Assembly (NCBI RefSeq): GCF_964188315.1
Contig: NC_135657.1
Span: 67,332,001-67,396,000, forward strand
Source of the DNA: Podarcis muralis
Lineage: Eukaryota
DNA: 64,000 bases
Direction: 5' to 3'
A program made the translations under genes and the position numbers. The notes under the pieces are model-generated. The model was not told the DNA's origin, did no database searches, and saw only the letters and a program-made list of their open reading frames with translations. Shown piece by piece: positions 12,995 through 26,314 of this stretch. The stretch's first letter is position 1, and each line of letters begins with the position of its first letter.

Positions 12995-14340
12995 TATTGC
13001 AATTTGGCAACCCTAAAATGGGGAAGCTCTGTTTATACTTGGTTTACCCTCAAGCTCATGTCCTTTCCCACCATTGCTGAATTTTCACTCTTAACAGCAA
13101 CAAACCACCTGAAGTCGCTCAGAGGCCTTTCTACCCAAAGGGGCTGCCTTCACCATAACCACCCTCTTATTCAGTTGAAAAGCAGCCACCACTGCAAAAA
13201 ATAAAAATAAATAAAAAGGGTCACCCTTCTTTTTCTCCCTCCTTCCCTTTTTCCTTGGAACTGTAAGGTCAGTCTACTTTAAAGGGGGTTGAGAGGCAAA
13301 GACATTTGGATGAAGACCTGGGGAAGGAAGGCTTCAATGTGAAAAGTTGCAGCCAGATTGGATTTGGCAGGCCAAATTATAAGCCCAAATTCAAAGGAGA
13401 TGGTGGGAGATGCATCTTTGAATTTATCAAGAAATGAATACCAGCAGCTCAGTTTTTACAAAAACAATAAAAAAATCTTTGCCAGCATCCATCATGAATC
13501 TGTCAGCTTTTGAGGCAGATGTCCTGACATATATTAGCAGCCTTAATAAAGCAGCAAAGCAACAATGATTTGCTCAAATGAATAACAATCACAAGAACAG
13601 CATAAGAATCCACTTGGAATTTAAAAAAAAAAAAAATCCCCCTGGAATGATTACACATTCCATTCAGGGCTCACAATGCTCACTGGAACTCAGCAATACT
13701 TCAACTTGAAGGCTGAAGTGTAAAGGCATGCATAACATTATCTTATCAGCTTGATGGTACTTTTGAGTCTTTAACCATACTGAATAAATTAAGAACAAAT
13801 GCCTGGTGCATTAATTATATTCTTCAATGGGGCAAAAAGAAAAGTCATCCGTTTGCACGCATAAAGTGCAATCAAAAATTATTGCGGCTGGAAAAGAGAA
13901 ACAAGAAGTTATTAAAAGTTCAATTGGCTTCCGTAGGCAGGGAGGGTGTGCTGTTAAGTTATGGTATATAGAAGATTCAAAATGATTATTGAGACCGTTC
14001 TGGAACCCATGAGTAGCAACAACACATAGTAGCAATTGGGACAGGGGCTAAGTGGGACTGTTGATTGGAACTGCAACCGGAGGGTCAGTACCCTTGGACT
14101 TAGGGCTCATCCAGACCTCCTTTGTGCTGTGTTCCTAGGCACAGGTCTGGACTTTAAAGCTCTGTGTCCAAGCATTTTTCTATTTGTTCCAACACTGTCC
14201 ACAGCAAAACCTGTTTTACTGTTGAATCAGATCAAACAGCAATCAAGTTTTTCACAGATTGCCATTTGCTCCGATTCAGAGGTAAAATGCGGGTTTTCCC
14301 AGAGAAAGTGCTGGGACAGGTGGGAGGTGGGAGAAAAGCT

Positions 14341-14399
14341 CATAGAGAATCATAAAGTTGGAAGGGACCATGAGGGTCACCCAGTTCAACCCCCTGCAA
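14341..14399 (-). mobile_element. Diverged CR1 3'-terminal fragment
   Basis: 'catagagaatcataaagttggaagggaccatgagggtcacccagttcaaccccctgc' resembles the reverse complement of the CR1 3' end at 57560-57646. Confidence 0.7.
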
Positions 14400-14449
14400 A
14401 GTAGTGATGTTTTGCTCAATGTGAGGGGAATACAAATTACTGGAAACAC

Positions 14450-14555
14450 CAGGAGGGGAGAGTGCTTTTGTGTTTGGGTCCTGCTTGTGAGTTTCCTACA
14501 GGCATGTGGTTGTCCACTGTGAGAACAACTTAATGGGCTCTTCTTACGTCCTTAT
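14450..14555 (+). mobile_element. Old CR1-type 3' end fragment
   Basis: Same motif as 8127-8237, ending 'ttcttacgtccttatg'. Confidence 0.55.
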
Positions 14556-15449
14556 GGCTGGGGATTATGGGACAGCTGCAAAAGTCAACATAGCCAGGGA
14601 GAAATGTGGGTGTCAGAATCCATACTAAAGGTAAACACATCTGTGGGGAAACAGGGAGAGTCTTTCAGAAAGCAGATGGATGGGCAGGCAGAGAGAAACT
14701 CATTATGCAACATTTACATGGTTAATTCCAGTAAACTCTAGGATTGGAAGGCAAGGAAACTTTGTTTGGTGGACTGCCCTTTTTACTGAGTTTGTTTAGG
14801 GAAAATGAGGCTGAGCCTTAGCTTTAGATCAGTTCACTCTCTGTGGCCCCAATTAATTAGCTAGCTAAAACAGAGATAGGGTGGGGGGTGGCTGCCCAAG
14901 TCCTTTGTGTCATGATGACAGTGCTGACTGTCAAGTTTTCTCTGCTCAGTGCACCATGACATAGGCATCATTAGTGTGCAAATTCCCCCGTAAACTGCTT
15001 TGCCCATCTGCACCTGGTAATCAGGAGCTCCAGCCGTCAGTAATTGTGTGCAAGCAAGTATTTATACCTGGTAGTGAATGACAGCTTGCACACATTGCCT
15101 GAGGAGGAGAAGCTAGGTCTGTCAGTGACTTGCAGTATCTACCATGCTTTTTAAAAAATAAAGGCTTTGTGAGTTAAGCACCCAGGAGAAGAACAACACA
15201 GAGGTCTTGTAAAACAGCTCCATCAACAGATCCTACAGCCTGATGATTTCATAAGGAAGAATGGCATGCTGCCACAGATCTTCTGTCTCCACCTGAACAT
15301 CGCAGAACACTGACATTTGGGGCTGTAAATCTAGGAGAACCACGGGATTATCATGTCTGGTATATGAAAAGTATAGTTCATTCATACAATAATTAATAAT
15401 TGGTTTTATTTTTTAAAAAGATTTTGTCACAAAATGGTGCTACAAGCTG

Positions 15450-15660
15450 CCGAACTGCAAGGAACCTAGCATCTCCTTGGTTTGGCCAGCTTATGAGGAG
15501 CAGGATATGAGTGCAATAACTTTGTCCTGCTCATGTTCTCCGGCTACTGGCATTCAAAAGCATCCTGTCTCGGATCCTGGAGGTAGCATAGAGACACCAT
15601 GACTGGTAGACACTTCCTGCCATGTTCATCGGGAAATCCACATCCCTTCTTTATGGTGCC
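15450..15660 (-). mobile_element. Old CR1-type 3' region
   Basis: 'ctactggcattcaaaagcatcctgtctcggatcctggaggtagcatag...' resembles antisense CR1 3' ORF/UTR sequence. Confidence 0.45.
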
Positions 15661-16708
15661 ACATATTAAAGGCTAGGCGCTATCTCAAAAGCAGGCTAGA
15701 TCTTGAATTGCTTTTCGTATCTTTGTCATTTTCATTGATTGAATAAAAGCACAAGATTCCATTATAGATCTCTGACACAGGCCAAACAAACATTTTTTTC
15801 TTGACTGAATGTAAAAGTATTGGAGAAGGCATTAAGGATAAATAGGGATTGATTTGCACTAATATAGTATAATGCTAGCTAAGTGACTTAACAGGCATAT
15901 TCCTGCCACTGTAGGTTAAAGACACAACGCTTGCCGAAATAATGATGGCGGTGTTTTGCAATCCTATTGACAGTGACAAATCCACAAGTGTATTTAGTTT
16001 GACATATAACCTGCAATTCTTCTTACCTTCTTAAAATTATAGTTGCAAGTTTTAGCAGGCCTATAGAAAAGGAAAGTCCAGCCCAAGGCCTCTTCTTTAA
16101 AATAAAATAAAAAAATCAAAGGTTCTACCTTAGTGCAACATCCCTCCCCAAAATCACTGTGATTCGAATGTCCTGAGGAAATAATTCACTGTGATTAAAA
16201 CCCAGACCTGTCCATTTAAATGAAACATCCCCTTCCATCTCTCCACCACCTACCTCTCCAACCACACCCCACTCAAGATCAGAGTGTTTCCCTAGTAAGC
16301 TTGGCTACACTTTTAAAAAATAATTTAATAGACAGCTGTTGGTTTATTTAAATGATGAAATACCATATTGGGTGGCAGGTACCCAAGTCCATAGAGCAAC
16401 TCAGGAGTTCAGGCAATCCCTGATCTGACTTGAGGGGCCTTATTAATGGCACAATCTGAAAATCTCACCTGAATTACATCTATTAGCATCATAATTCAGG
16501 CTCCACCCAGAACTGATGCAGGCACCGAACACACACAGGTTGAGGATGAGTGGAGGCACAGTTTAAACAATCTAAGAGACCACCAAAGTCCACTGCTCCC
16601 ACCTCAGATCTCCAGAAAAACAACCAGCACCCTACATGCTCACAGGGTCCCCGGATGCCCTCTTTCATACAAGTCTTCCAGTCCATTAAGATCAGCCAAC
16701 AAGATCAG

Positions 16709-16712
<4 letters not shown>

Positions 16713-16773
<61 letters not shown>

Positions 16774-16779
16774 TTTTTT
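16713..16779. repeat. (TC)n microsatellite followed by poly-T
   Basis: Direct reading. Confidence 0.95.
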
Positions 16780-16951
16780 ACTGCTAATCCAAAAGAAACC
16801 AGCATTGTGGTTTCCAAGCAGCATTGTGGCAGCAGGTTGGCAGCAGAACGAACTGCTGGTTTGCCCCCCTCTTTCTGTGATGGGGAATAGGTGGTTTATG
16901 CAGGTTTGGCATAAGGACATACCCTCCAACATTTCTCAGATGAAAATAAGG

Positions 16952-17193
16952 TAAAGGTAAAGGGACCCCTGACCATTAGGTCCAGTTGTGACTGACTCTG
17001 GGGTTGTGGCGCTCATCTCGCTTTATTGGCCGAGGGAGCCGGCATACAGCTTCCGGGTCATGTGGCCAGCATGACTAAGCCGCTTCTGGCGAACCAGAGC
17101 AGCGCACGGAAACGCAGTTTACCTTCCCGCCGGAGCGGTACCTATTTATCTACTTGCACTCTGACGTACTTTCGAACTGCTAGGTTGGCAGGA
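16952..17193 (-). mobile_element. 5'-truncated Sauria SINE (Squam1 type)
   Basis: (ACCTTT)n tail and diagnostic body 'gctcatctcgctttattggccgagggagccgg...ggtcatgtggccagcatgac'; 16-bp TSD tcagatgaaaataagg (16936-16951) / tcagatgaaaataggg (17194-17209); tRNA head missing. Confidence 0.92.
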
Positions 17194-17312
17194 TCAGATG
17201 AAAATAGGGACATTCTATTCTATATCAGGAAGCTTCTCCCATGTTTGATCTCTCTCTCACATAAACGTCATATACATCCACCACCTTGATTCACTTACAA
17301 CTTCTTGTCAAA

Positions 17313-17515
17313 CTAAGACCCGGGAGACCAGGGTTCTAATCTCCCGCTTGGCCATGAAGCTCACTGAGTGACCTTGGGCCAATCTCTGCCTCTCAGTCTA
17401 ACATACCTCACAGACTTGTTGTGGGGATTAAATCAACCGGGGTGCACCATGAGCAAAGTGGAGAAAAAGATGAGATACGAATGCAACAAATAAATGCAAA
17501 TAAGTTCCTGCCAAC
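17313..17515 (+). mobile_element. MIR/Ther1-related SINE (Squam3-like)
   Basis: B-box-like 'gggttctaatc' and core 'ctcactgagtgaccttgggccaatctctgcctctcagtctaacatacctcacag...ttgtggggattaaat'. Confidence 0.7.
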
Positions 17516-18864
17516 ACAAATCCCTGTCATTTGTACGCTCACCAAGTGATAATGTATCTTCAAAGAAGGAGAAGAAAATGAGGAGGAGGAAGATAAATCT
17601 GTATTATTTGCCCTATATGATTGGGATTATTGAAGTAATCATGAAACTTTGATATACATCAAACACAGAGAGACAGCAAACACAGAGAGACATCTCTCAG
17701 AGGGAATAAGAAGAGCTGACACATTCTTTTAGGACCTGCCCTCTTTTTAGTGTTCACTGACACAGGCAGATAGCTCAGGCTCATTCTGATGCTCTTCCTT
17801 CCTCTCCTTGTCTTTTGCTTGAACGGTTATGCCTGGTGTGCCATTTCATACACTTATTACTCCCAGCATGAATAATTGCTTCCTAAATTCTTTTCTGTAT
17901 CTGTTACTGCCTAATATGCATCAACTGTGCTGCTCAAATCATTACTTGTGCCAATTAAATTTTTATTGTTTTCTATTAGACGTTTTGAATGACAATTCTT
18001 GGGCTATATAAATTGTATATTTTATGTGAATTTAACCAAGAGATTCATTATTTGCTTTTCATCAAATGTAAAGTAGCTACACTACAGTAAAAAATACATC
18101 TGGTTTATATATTGTATTGTGAATGCAGAAATAGTTATTTGGTGTACTATGTGTCCTAAATAACTAACAATACCATACACAAATGTAATACTATTGATAT
18201 CTGTTTTCCAGTTTCTAAGCAGTAGTATATTAGATCAATACTATCTTGATTTCATGCTGTCAGGATCAGCCAGAAGATGATCATACATGTTTATTTAGAA
18301 CATGGATGGAAAACCTGTGGCATCCCAGCCAGCATGGCCAATGGTCAGAGACTATTTGAGTGGGAATCCAACATCCTCTTGATTGCCACAGGTTCCCCAA
18401 ATACAATATCTAAAAATTCAAATGCTGGCATACTATCAACTATGAATACATGAATAAATAAGTCTGGAACAAAAATAAACTGAATAAAATGATGTCATAA
18501 ATTGCTAAGGGTGAAGACACGCATTCTACAGTAAAACAAGAGTAGCCAAGACTCCAACTTCCATCAAACCCACATCATCAGTGGTCAAGGGTGATGAGGT
18601 TATAGTTCAGTGACAGATGGAGGATACCACATTGGCTACTCCTCTGCATGGGATGAAGATGGGGGAAAAGCCAGGACAACTTGTCTCCCCATGTTACCTT
18701 CTTGGTGCCACCCCTGTGACCTTACTGACCCTGCCTGCATGACCTCCTTGACCACAGGCCATCCCACCAGATCCAGGGGCTACCAGCTGCTACTAATTAA
18801 TAACCAGAACTGTAATAGTACTCAAGCCTGATCTGTATAGTCTTCAGTCAAAATATTTCTGAAA

Positions 18865-19052
18865 GTTGGTTTGTTGGCATCCATCTGTCTCAGGAGACAA
18901 TGGAGCAGTGAGCCTTTGGGGATGAAGTTAAACTGTTTGAAAGTTGCAGCACTGTAGAGACCAATGTGGGAGAGATATGTTTGGTTGCAGCTGGGACATA
19001 TGAAGGTGTCCAATTGTGCTGCTACAGATGCACCATGGCGTTTCTCCTCTCT
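18865..19052 (-). mobile_element. RTE-clade LINE 3' end fragment
   Basis: Antisense translation DTFICPSCNQTYLSHIGLYS (C-terminal zinc-finger-like motif), 3' UTR 'ccattgtctcctgagacagatggatgccaacaaac', (CAA)-like tail. Confidence 0.7.
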
Positions 19053-19550
19053 ACAATCGTCCCAGCAGTCATTCCTCCTCTAGTCACTGCTGAAAGTGCA
19101 ATCTATTATTTAAATGGAACTAGTTAGATGCTAAGTATTCAGTACATCAGAAAATAACCAAATATCAGTTGGCTCCATTGGGCCTACAGAAAGAAAAATT
19201 GTAGGAAAACAATTCCTAAGCAGCTATGGTGCTGCTTTAGCACCATTCTGAATTTTGTGTCAGCCTAACTCAGGTTCTCCCCCACCCGAGATCACATCAG
19301 CTTGACTCAGGCAAAGTTTGAAAGCAGGCACTATGTCTTCATCAGTTCACCACTGCTTGCTACTGTGCTTGATTTAAAATTGTTGCCAAGCCTGAAATAA
19401 AGCAGATTTAGAATATGGTGGATGCAAAAATGAGAATGTATCATTCACGGTTTCAGAAAGCTTACAAGGTGCCTAGATTGGTCAGAAAGGGGAGCAGACT
19501 GGAAAGGAGTAAAACAGAACTATTATAAATATTTGATTAATGATTTTATA

Positions 19551-19577
19551 TATGTGTGTGTGTGTGTGTGCGCGCGC
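19551..19577. repeat. (TA)(TG)n(CG)n alternating purine-pyrimidine tract
   Basis: Direct reading. Confidence 0.9.
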
Positions 19578-20228
19578 CTCAAATTCCAATCAACACAGAG
19601 GCTTATTTTTGTAGGCAAGGGATTTGTGTAGTACAAGAGTGATGTGGTTAAATCACCACAAACCAAGGCAAGGCAACAATTCTATACCCAGTTGCCTGAG
19701 AGTAAGGTTCTTGGAACACTGTTGGACTTACGGAGTGGATATGTATAAGATTGCATTCTGAATAGTCATTCCCTGTCCCAAAAGACCCCTAGGAGCCATA
19801 ATTCTGTGAGGAAAGGGCCAGGCTAAAGATCTCTAAAGGGTGGAGACAGATATAACCGATGACTCTCAGCATGTTCTTGTGACCTCCTGCACAACTGAGC
19901 TGTGAAATGAGCAAACTAATGAACACTCCACCACTCCCCATCCATTTACCCTCTTGCTCACCCACTATTGACTGCCTCCTCCTCCTCCTCTTGTTCTGGC
20001 TCAGAAAACATAACAAAGCAGCCTGCAGCGGAGTATCTGAGGTGAGAAGCTTTCATCACAGGCACCCAGCTGTGGGGCACTTTGTTAACTTTCCCAAGCC
20101 AGAGGTGGTAAAGGATAGCAAGGAAGGAAGCAGGCAGGCAGGGAGAGCAAGGTCTGCAGCCTTCAAGTAGCATTTGATTAGACTGCATTCTCACCTGACA
20201 GCTCAGCTGTGCTATAGTCATCTTTTTA

Positions 20229-20390
20229 TATTATTATTATTATTTATTAAATTTCTATACCACCCTTCCTCCAAAGATCACAGTGCAGTTTACAATATAA
20301 AAACACAAAAACACATACCATAATAGCAGAAAAACCCAAGAACCCTCAATACCCCCACAGCACACAAAGTTTAAAAGGCCATATGCCTGG
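20229..20390 (-). mobile_element. L2 3' tail fragment
   Basis: (ATT)n tail then 'atttctataccacccttcctccaaagatcacagtgcagtttacaa', the antisense L2 3' terminus pattern. Confidence 0.6.
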
Positions 20391-21109
20391 GAGAAGAGAA
20401 ATGTTATATTGCATCTGTCTTCCCCCTAAAAGGCAATATTCTTGCCAATTTGCAATTCTCAGGATTCTTTTACGGAACCCATGATAGTTACATAATTTGC
20501 CAGCTGTCAATTAAATTGTAGGTATATGTACAGGAGCAGCGTTTCAGGAGGCCAGGGGAGGGGTAAAGACTGGGGGCAAGGGGCAGGATAGCATTAAGCC
20601 TGGTCTCAAAGTACACTCTCAAAGTGAAGCTTTTAAAACGCAATATATTTCGAGGGCATAAATTGTGATTATTTATTTCCCTTTTTATAATGCATCAAGC
20701 TAAAGTACAGCAATGGTGATCCAAGACAAGCTGTTTCTTCAGCACACCTTTTTCTGAAGCCCAATGATTTGTGCCTTAGGCACACTTACTCAGTATGTAG
20801 GTAAAGAGCCCGGGAACTCACCATAAATATAGGTGCTCTGGAGGAATAAATCACAAGTAGTCTGAAGCACTGGCAGGGAGGCTGCTCCCTCTTGCTGTCC
20901 CTTAATGGCACACCACAGGGAGCAGAGAAAATAAATAAGCAGCCATAAAAAACAACAACTGGTAGTGGGCTGGAATTGGAAACTTTCACAGTTCATTTAC
21001 TCAGGACTGATATGTATCTGATGGTCACCTCCTGTACCCTGAAGGCAATACAGGTGCCATTCTTGGTCTGCAGCGATTGCCTAATATCTCATCCAGATTT
21101 CTCACTAGA

Positions 21110-21500
21110 TGCCTAGTGTACAAAGCGCTGTACAGCTTGGGCCAGATACCTAAAATATCATCTCAAGTCTTATATACCCAATCTATTACTGCACTCTGCA
21201 AAGGGACTCCACTGTATCACAAGGTCCATTGTGTGCAGTATAGAAACTGGGCCTTTATTGTGGTGGCCCCTGCCTGTTGGAATTCCTTCCCAATATGCAT
21301 CAAACAGGTGCCACCTCTGTTCTCTTCTCAGTGCCTACTGAAGATCTTTCTTTCTCATCAAGGCTTTATAATTGAGACCTTTACCCCAGAGCAGACTCAA
21401 TCTGGAATTGTTTTTACATGTGAAATTGTTTTTATATATGGAATTGTCTTCAATTGTTTTAATTGTTAATGTCTCTTACTGTGAAATTGTTGTGTGCTGT
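21110..21500 (+). mobile_element. Old L2 ORF2 C-terminus/3' UTR
   Basis: Translation LVYKALYSLG...RNWAFIVVAPACWNSFP parallels LTFKALNGLG...RAFSVVAPALWNALP of the young L2. Confidence 0.75.
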
Positions 21501-21550
21501 GGGAGGCAATTCATAACTGGAATCAAATAATTCATAAATGGACTCCCTAC

Positions 21551-21680
21551 CCGGCCATGGAGCTCACTGGGTGACTTTGAGCCAGTCACTGCCTCTCATC
21601 CTAACCTACCACATATAATTGTTGTGGGGATTAAACAAGGAGGGGTACAAACCTTCTTCACCACCTTGAGTGGCTGAGCA
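21551..21680 (+). mobile_element. MIR/Ther1-related SINE fragment
   Basis: Core nearly matches 17340-17430. Confidence 0.65.
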
Positions 21681-21916
21681 ATGTATGTGTGCACAAATGT
21701 AATGCAGGGAGGGACAGTGTGATGCAAATGAACTGAAGGAAATGACAAGGTGGGATTGCCTTCATTTTTTCAAATCCAGAATTAATGTTAGAAGTTCTCC
21801 AAGTTTGAAATTCATCTCCTAGGCAGGAGCAGTGGAATGCACAATAAAGAAATGGAATGAGGAGAAACTTGCCCCCATCTGCCCTACAGATGTGGTACGA
21901 CCCCATGCGTAGGTCA

Positions 21917-22269
21917 GGGGAGCGAGTGGTGCTGTGGTCTAAACCACTGAGCCTCTTGGGCATGCTGATAGGAAGGTTCGTGGTTTGAATCCGCAAGACG
22001 GGGTGAGCTCCCGTTGCTCTGTCCCGGCTTCTGCCAACCTAGCAGTTAGAAAGCACACCAGAACAAGTAGATATATAGGTACTGCTGCGGCAGGAAAGTA
22101 AACAGCATTTCCATGTGACAGAAGTGGTTTAGTCATGCTGGCCACATGACCCGGAAAGCTGTCTGTGGACAAACACCAGCTCCCTCGACCTGAAGAGAGA
22201 TGAGCGCCGCAGCCCCATAGTCGCCTTTGACTGGACTTAACCTTCCAAGGGTCCTTTACCTTTTACCTT
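21917..22269 (+). mobile_element. Full-length Sauria SINE (Squam1 type, older subfamily)
   Basis: tRNA-like head with A box 'tggtgctgtgg' and B box 'ggtttgaatcc'; body 'ggggtgagctcccgttgctc...gtcatgctggccacatgacccggaa'; 'tttaccttt' tail. Confidence 0.92.
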
Positions 22270-25200
22270 AATGTGTAAGTACCACCACTTGTCATATTCT
22301 TTCTTCTAGGACGAAAAACTAAGGGCCCTGCTTGGGGAACCCTTGTGCAAGTTTCCCCCTTCAAAACATTGCTTAGAACTTCTGTGTGCTTCTTGTATTA
22401 TAGTGTGTGTGTTTTTGAAAATGAACACAATCCAGCCAAAGTCAGGTGCCTTTAAGTCCCCCTGATTTCCAACAGGAATTAGAACTGAAACATGTTTAAA
22501 TTTGTCCTGAGTGTGCTCAGCGTTTTAGTCGTTTAATTACTTAGTATGTGTTCCTCCCCTCCGCCCCCACTTCTATAGTACTTTTGTGCATCAGAAGTCG
22601 CTGTGAATTATCCCAGGTACCCTGGCTTTCTTGAGACCCCTGGGAGCCCCACTGAACATGTCCCCTGCCCTCTGCACCAGCACCTCCTGCTGACTCTCAT
22701 ATGCTCAGCAAGCCACTGTTGCACAGCGCCTGCTGAGCTGAACAGCTGGAGGGAAAGATTAATAAACTAAAGCCTGCAGTTTCTCTTCTGCAGTGCTCAA
22801 GTATCCACAGGCCTTGCCTGAATCGTGGATAAAGAATGAATGAGTGGAGAGGCTTGTGCCCATGAGACAACGGATAAGAAAGAGCAATAAGAGGTAGGGT
22901 GAAATAGGAGCTTGTTTTTGTAAACATCAATAGCCATTTAATGTTATTGCACCATGGCTTGATTGTTAATCAGAAGAAGCTAAAACATGTATGACTAAAA
23001 AGTTCTAAAATGCGGTTCAGTAAAATCAGCCTTTCAACTGGTTTCTTATAATCCAGTTCCCTTCCTACTTTGGACTTGCTTAATACCTCCACACTGTATA
23101 CCTAACATGCTTACTTCTCTTCTGGATATCTTCCCATTACAAACCAGTCGCAATCATGTGTATGAAGCAATTCAACTATATCTACAAAGAAAGGGTTGGG
23201 TTTAGGGATGGCTCAGAACTCCTATAGACTCCTTTTCACATGTATTCATAACCGAGTCCGTTCTATCACCATTTCACACTGAATTATTATTAACAGTACA
23301 ATCCTAACGACATCTACTCAGAAGTATACCATCCAACATTCCTCAGATGAAAATAAGGATGTTTCTAACTCCCCACAACTGATCTCCTCGATTCACCTCA
23401 GGAAGATCTTTGACCATGAAAACATCCCAAATAGAAAAATATATAAAGCATCCCAGTGGCATAGTTTAAGCTTCTGCTCTAAAGCAAAATGTACTGTATT
23501 TAAAAAATTGATATTCCCATATTTCTGGGAATATGGGCCAAATTACATTGGATTGTTGATGTACGTAATTGAATGGGATTCAACTGAGTCCTGTTTGTGG
23601 AAGCCCTGCACAAGGACTAATAGTTGCACGAAGGGGATAATTCCATCTGGAAACGCGAAATCCTTGCACTGATGGAACAATCACCTTAGCACAATGGTTG
23701 AATTCCTCCCACTGTATATGAGGTGTTTTGAACCTTCTAAATATAAATGATAAGGAGGAGGAGACAGCGAAGAGTAATCCACAGTACAGAATTTGTAATG
23801 CCATGGGAAGCAATACACTTCCTAATAATCCTGTTTCTCCTGTCACTCATTTCTAAATGATTTATGCCCTTTCTCTTAGGAGAACATGTGTGGGCTCTAA
23901 AGTTTTGTCTAATGTGAATGTAACAACACGAGCCACTGCATTTTGTAATGAGAAAAGGTGGAGGAAGGAGAGAGATGCTTTTGCATCTTCCAGGTGCTTT
24001 GATAAACTAACATAGTTTGCTAAACAAGCCCTGATGTCCAAAGTAATGTTGCAGTAAATGTATTAACATGCAGACCATTTCCAATAAATTCTATGCAGGT
24101 AATTCCAAAGATGGCATTTTGCAAACCTCCCATGCAGAACGCAGCTGTTATACCCATGAATGTCTCTTTAAGGTAGAAAGTTATAGAAGTGAGAGATCCC
24201 CTAGGAGTAGTTACAATAAATCTTTGCTGACTTGCCTTGATAAACAACGAGGGCAAACGGAAAAGGGGAGGGGGGAGTATATTGATTGATGAAAACGCTT
24301 CCAGGCAAAATGTAACCTAACTTCATCTCAAAATTTTCATTTATTAGGAAAGGTGTAAAAAGTGTCTCCAGGTGCTGATAGTGTTGTTCTGAAGAGTGGG
24401 AGTGGAAAAGCCACTCCAGGGAAAACAAATTTCTGTTCTGGCGCTGTTCTCCTTAAAACACAGAGCAGTGCACACCATGCCATATCAATCAAACAGACAC
24501 GGCTCCAAGAACAAACTATAAGAGAGGTGTCTCAGGGAGGTGGGCTAAACACGGTATGATATGCAATGTACACTAGGTACAGTTGCAGCTCTCAAAGTGA
24601 CCACATCAGTATTCACAAGTACTCAATGTGCAACTACTTTTCTCCCAGCAAATGACCAAGATGATCAAGGGGAATCAAAATATCAACTTTGTGTGTTTAC
24701 AGCATCTTTCTGTAAACAACTGCATACAGCTGAAATTTCTTCATTTCCTGGTTACATGTTTTCCCCACATACACAGTATCTTCACAACAACCCTGTGAGG
24801 TAGGTTACTCTGAGAGGGAAGACATTCTCAAACACTGAACACGGGTACAAGCTGTCTCAGCACACGTACAAGGATTTGCGTAGAATAGTGTACAGTGTTG
24901 ATTTACGATTTATTCATTGTGCACTCAGGTACACAGACTGTGCACTTGTTGTACATGTGAATAATGGTATGGATGTAGAGCTCTACTATATGTCCACCCA
25001 GACACACAGACTGTACTCTCAATTAATGTAATGTGTGAGCACCCCTAGAGTGGCAGGCTGCATGGAGATTTAAACCTGGGCCTTCTCAGTCCAAGTCCAA
25101 CACGCATCAACTACTGCAACAAACTGGTTCTACTGCCATCTTTTGCAAACTCATCCTTTAGGCTCTACTGGAAGGGATCCTCTCATTGTGCCTAGGACTA

Positions 25201-26140
25201 AAAACATGACCCCACCAGTCTTTCCATCCCATTCACAGGCATTTTGAAAGGGGGGCATTTTGGCTGTTTGGGAGGTGGGGCAAAATGTCAGTTTTGTTCG
25301 CTTGCAGCAGCCTTCTGTAAACTACTGCGTACAGCTCTGAATTCTTCATTAGAACAAAGTTCTCAGGATGACTTACAAAACAAATGAAATAATATAACAT
25401 TTGAGAGAAAAATAAAAATAAAACAAAAGTATTAGAGCAGTGTAAAACAGTCACAGAGAGAATAAAAGTAACTGAAATCCCAGACAGGTTAAGAGCCTTA
25501 GTTAGAGCATCTTCATATGACACCAGTTGCACATCACACCATGTTCTGCCTAAGCTGGGATGACATGCTAATGGTCTGGCATTACTCACAGGAGAATTGT
25601 GGGTGAGGCAGAGATGGGAATGGCAGCCAACTGGCAGAAGGAGTACCACTCTTGTAAAACAGGAAGCGGCAGAAATAAAAGTGGGCATGTTCAGTGGTTT
25701 CAGGGCACTCCCTCTCATCTCTCTAAATCCATGGATAAATTTTGGCTCTGCTTTAGTGAAGGTTTGATTTAGTTATTCATAAGAGGTGTTTCTGTATACA
25801 TACTGCCATACCATAAAATTTCAGAGAGGCATTCAGCAAGATATAAACATTAAAAAGCAATGCAGAATGATCATTAAAATGACTGGCTAATCAATAATAA
25901 AAACAGCTACATAGACCTGTTGACATAAAAATGTTTTCAAGAGATGACCAAAAGTATTAAAAATAAATAGATGAGAATGCCTGCCAAATCTCTACTGGAA
26001 GGGTGTTCCATAGCATGGGACAGGAAACATGAAAGGGTTTGATGCATCTGTCAATTTCAGTTTCTCATTTTCCAATCTTAATTTCAAGACACATGAAAAT
26101 GTGAACTGAAGAAAACTTCTCTGCCATCCTTAGTCTTAGG

Positions 26141-26314
26141 CAGTGCTTTTTTCTGGGGGGACACAGGAGTACACATACCCCTAAACATTTTGTTAACCTT
26201 TGTACTTTTGTCCATTTACTGCATTTATTTTTCCTGGTTCAAGCTATAAAATGATGATTTTCTTGAGTCAAAATGAGAGTACCCCTAAACATTTTTTTAA
26301 AGAAAAAAGCACTG
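26141..26314. mobile_element. hAT MITE, 174-bp internally deleted copy
   Basis: TIR cagtgctttttt(t)ct / agaaaaaagcactg; perfect 8-bp TSD gtcttagg (26133-26140, 26315-26322). Confidence 0.93.

Noticed and set aside
20005-20041. 37-nt exon with pyrimidine-rich acceptor and GAG|GTGAGA donor
   Set aside because: Isolated, not a multiple of three, no recognisable peptide and no partner exons; such signals occur by chance in 64 kb.
20555-20583. G-quadruplex (four G4-G5 runs)
   Set aside because: One loop is 8 nt, there is no regulatory context and such tracts are common.
25233-25718. 161-aa minus-strand ORF
   Set aside because: No motif recognised; includes AT-rich low-complexity sequence.
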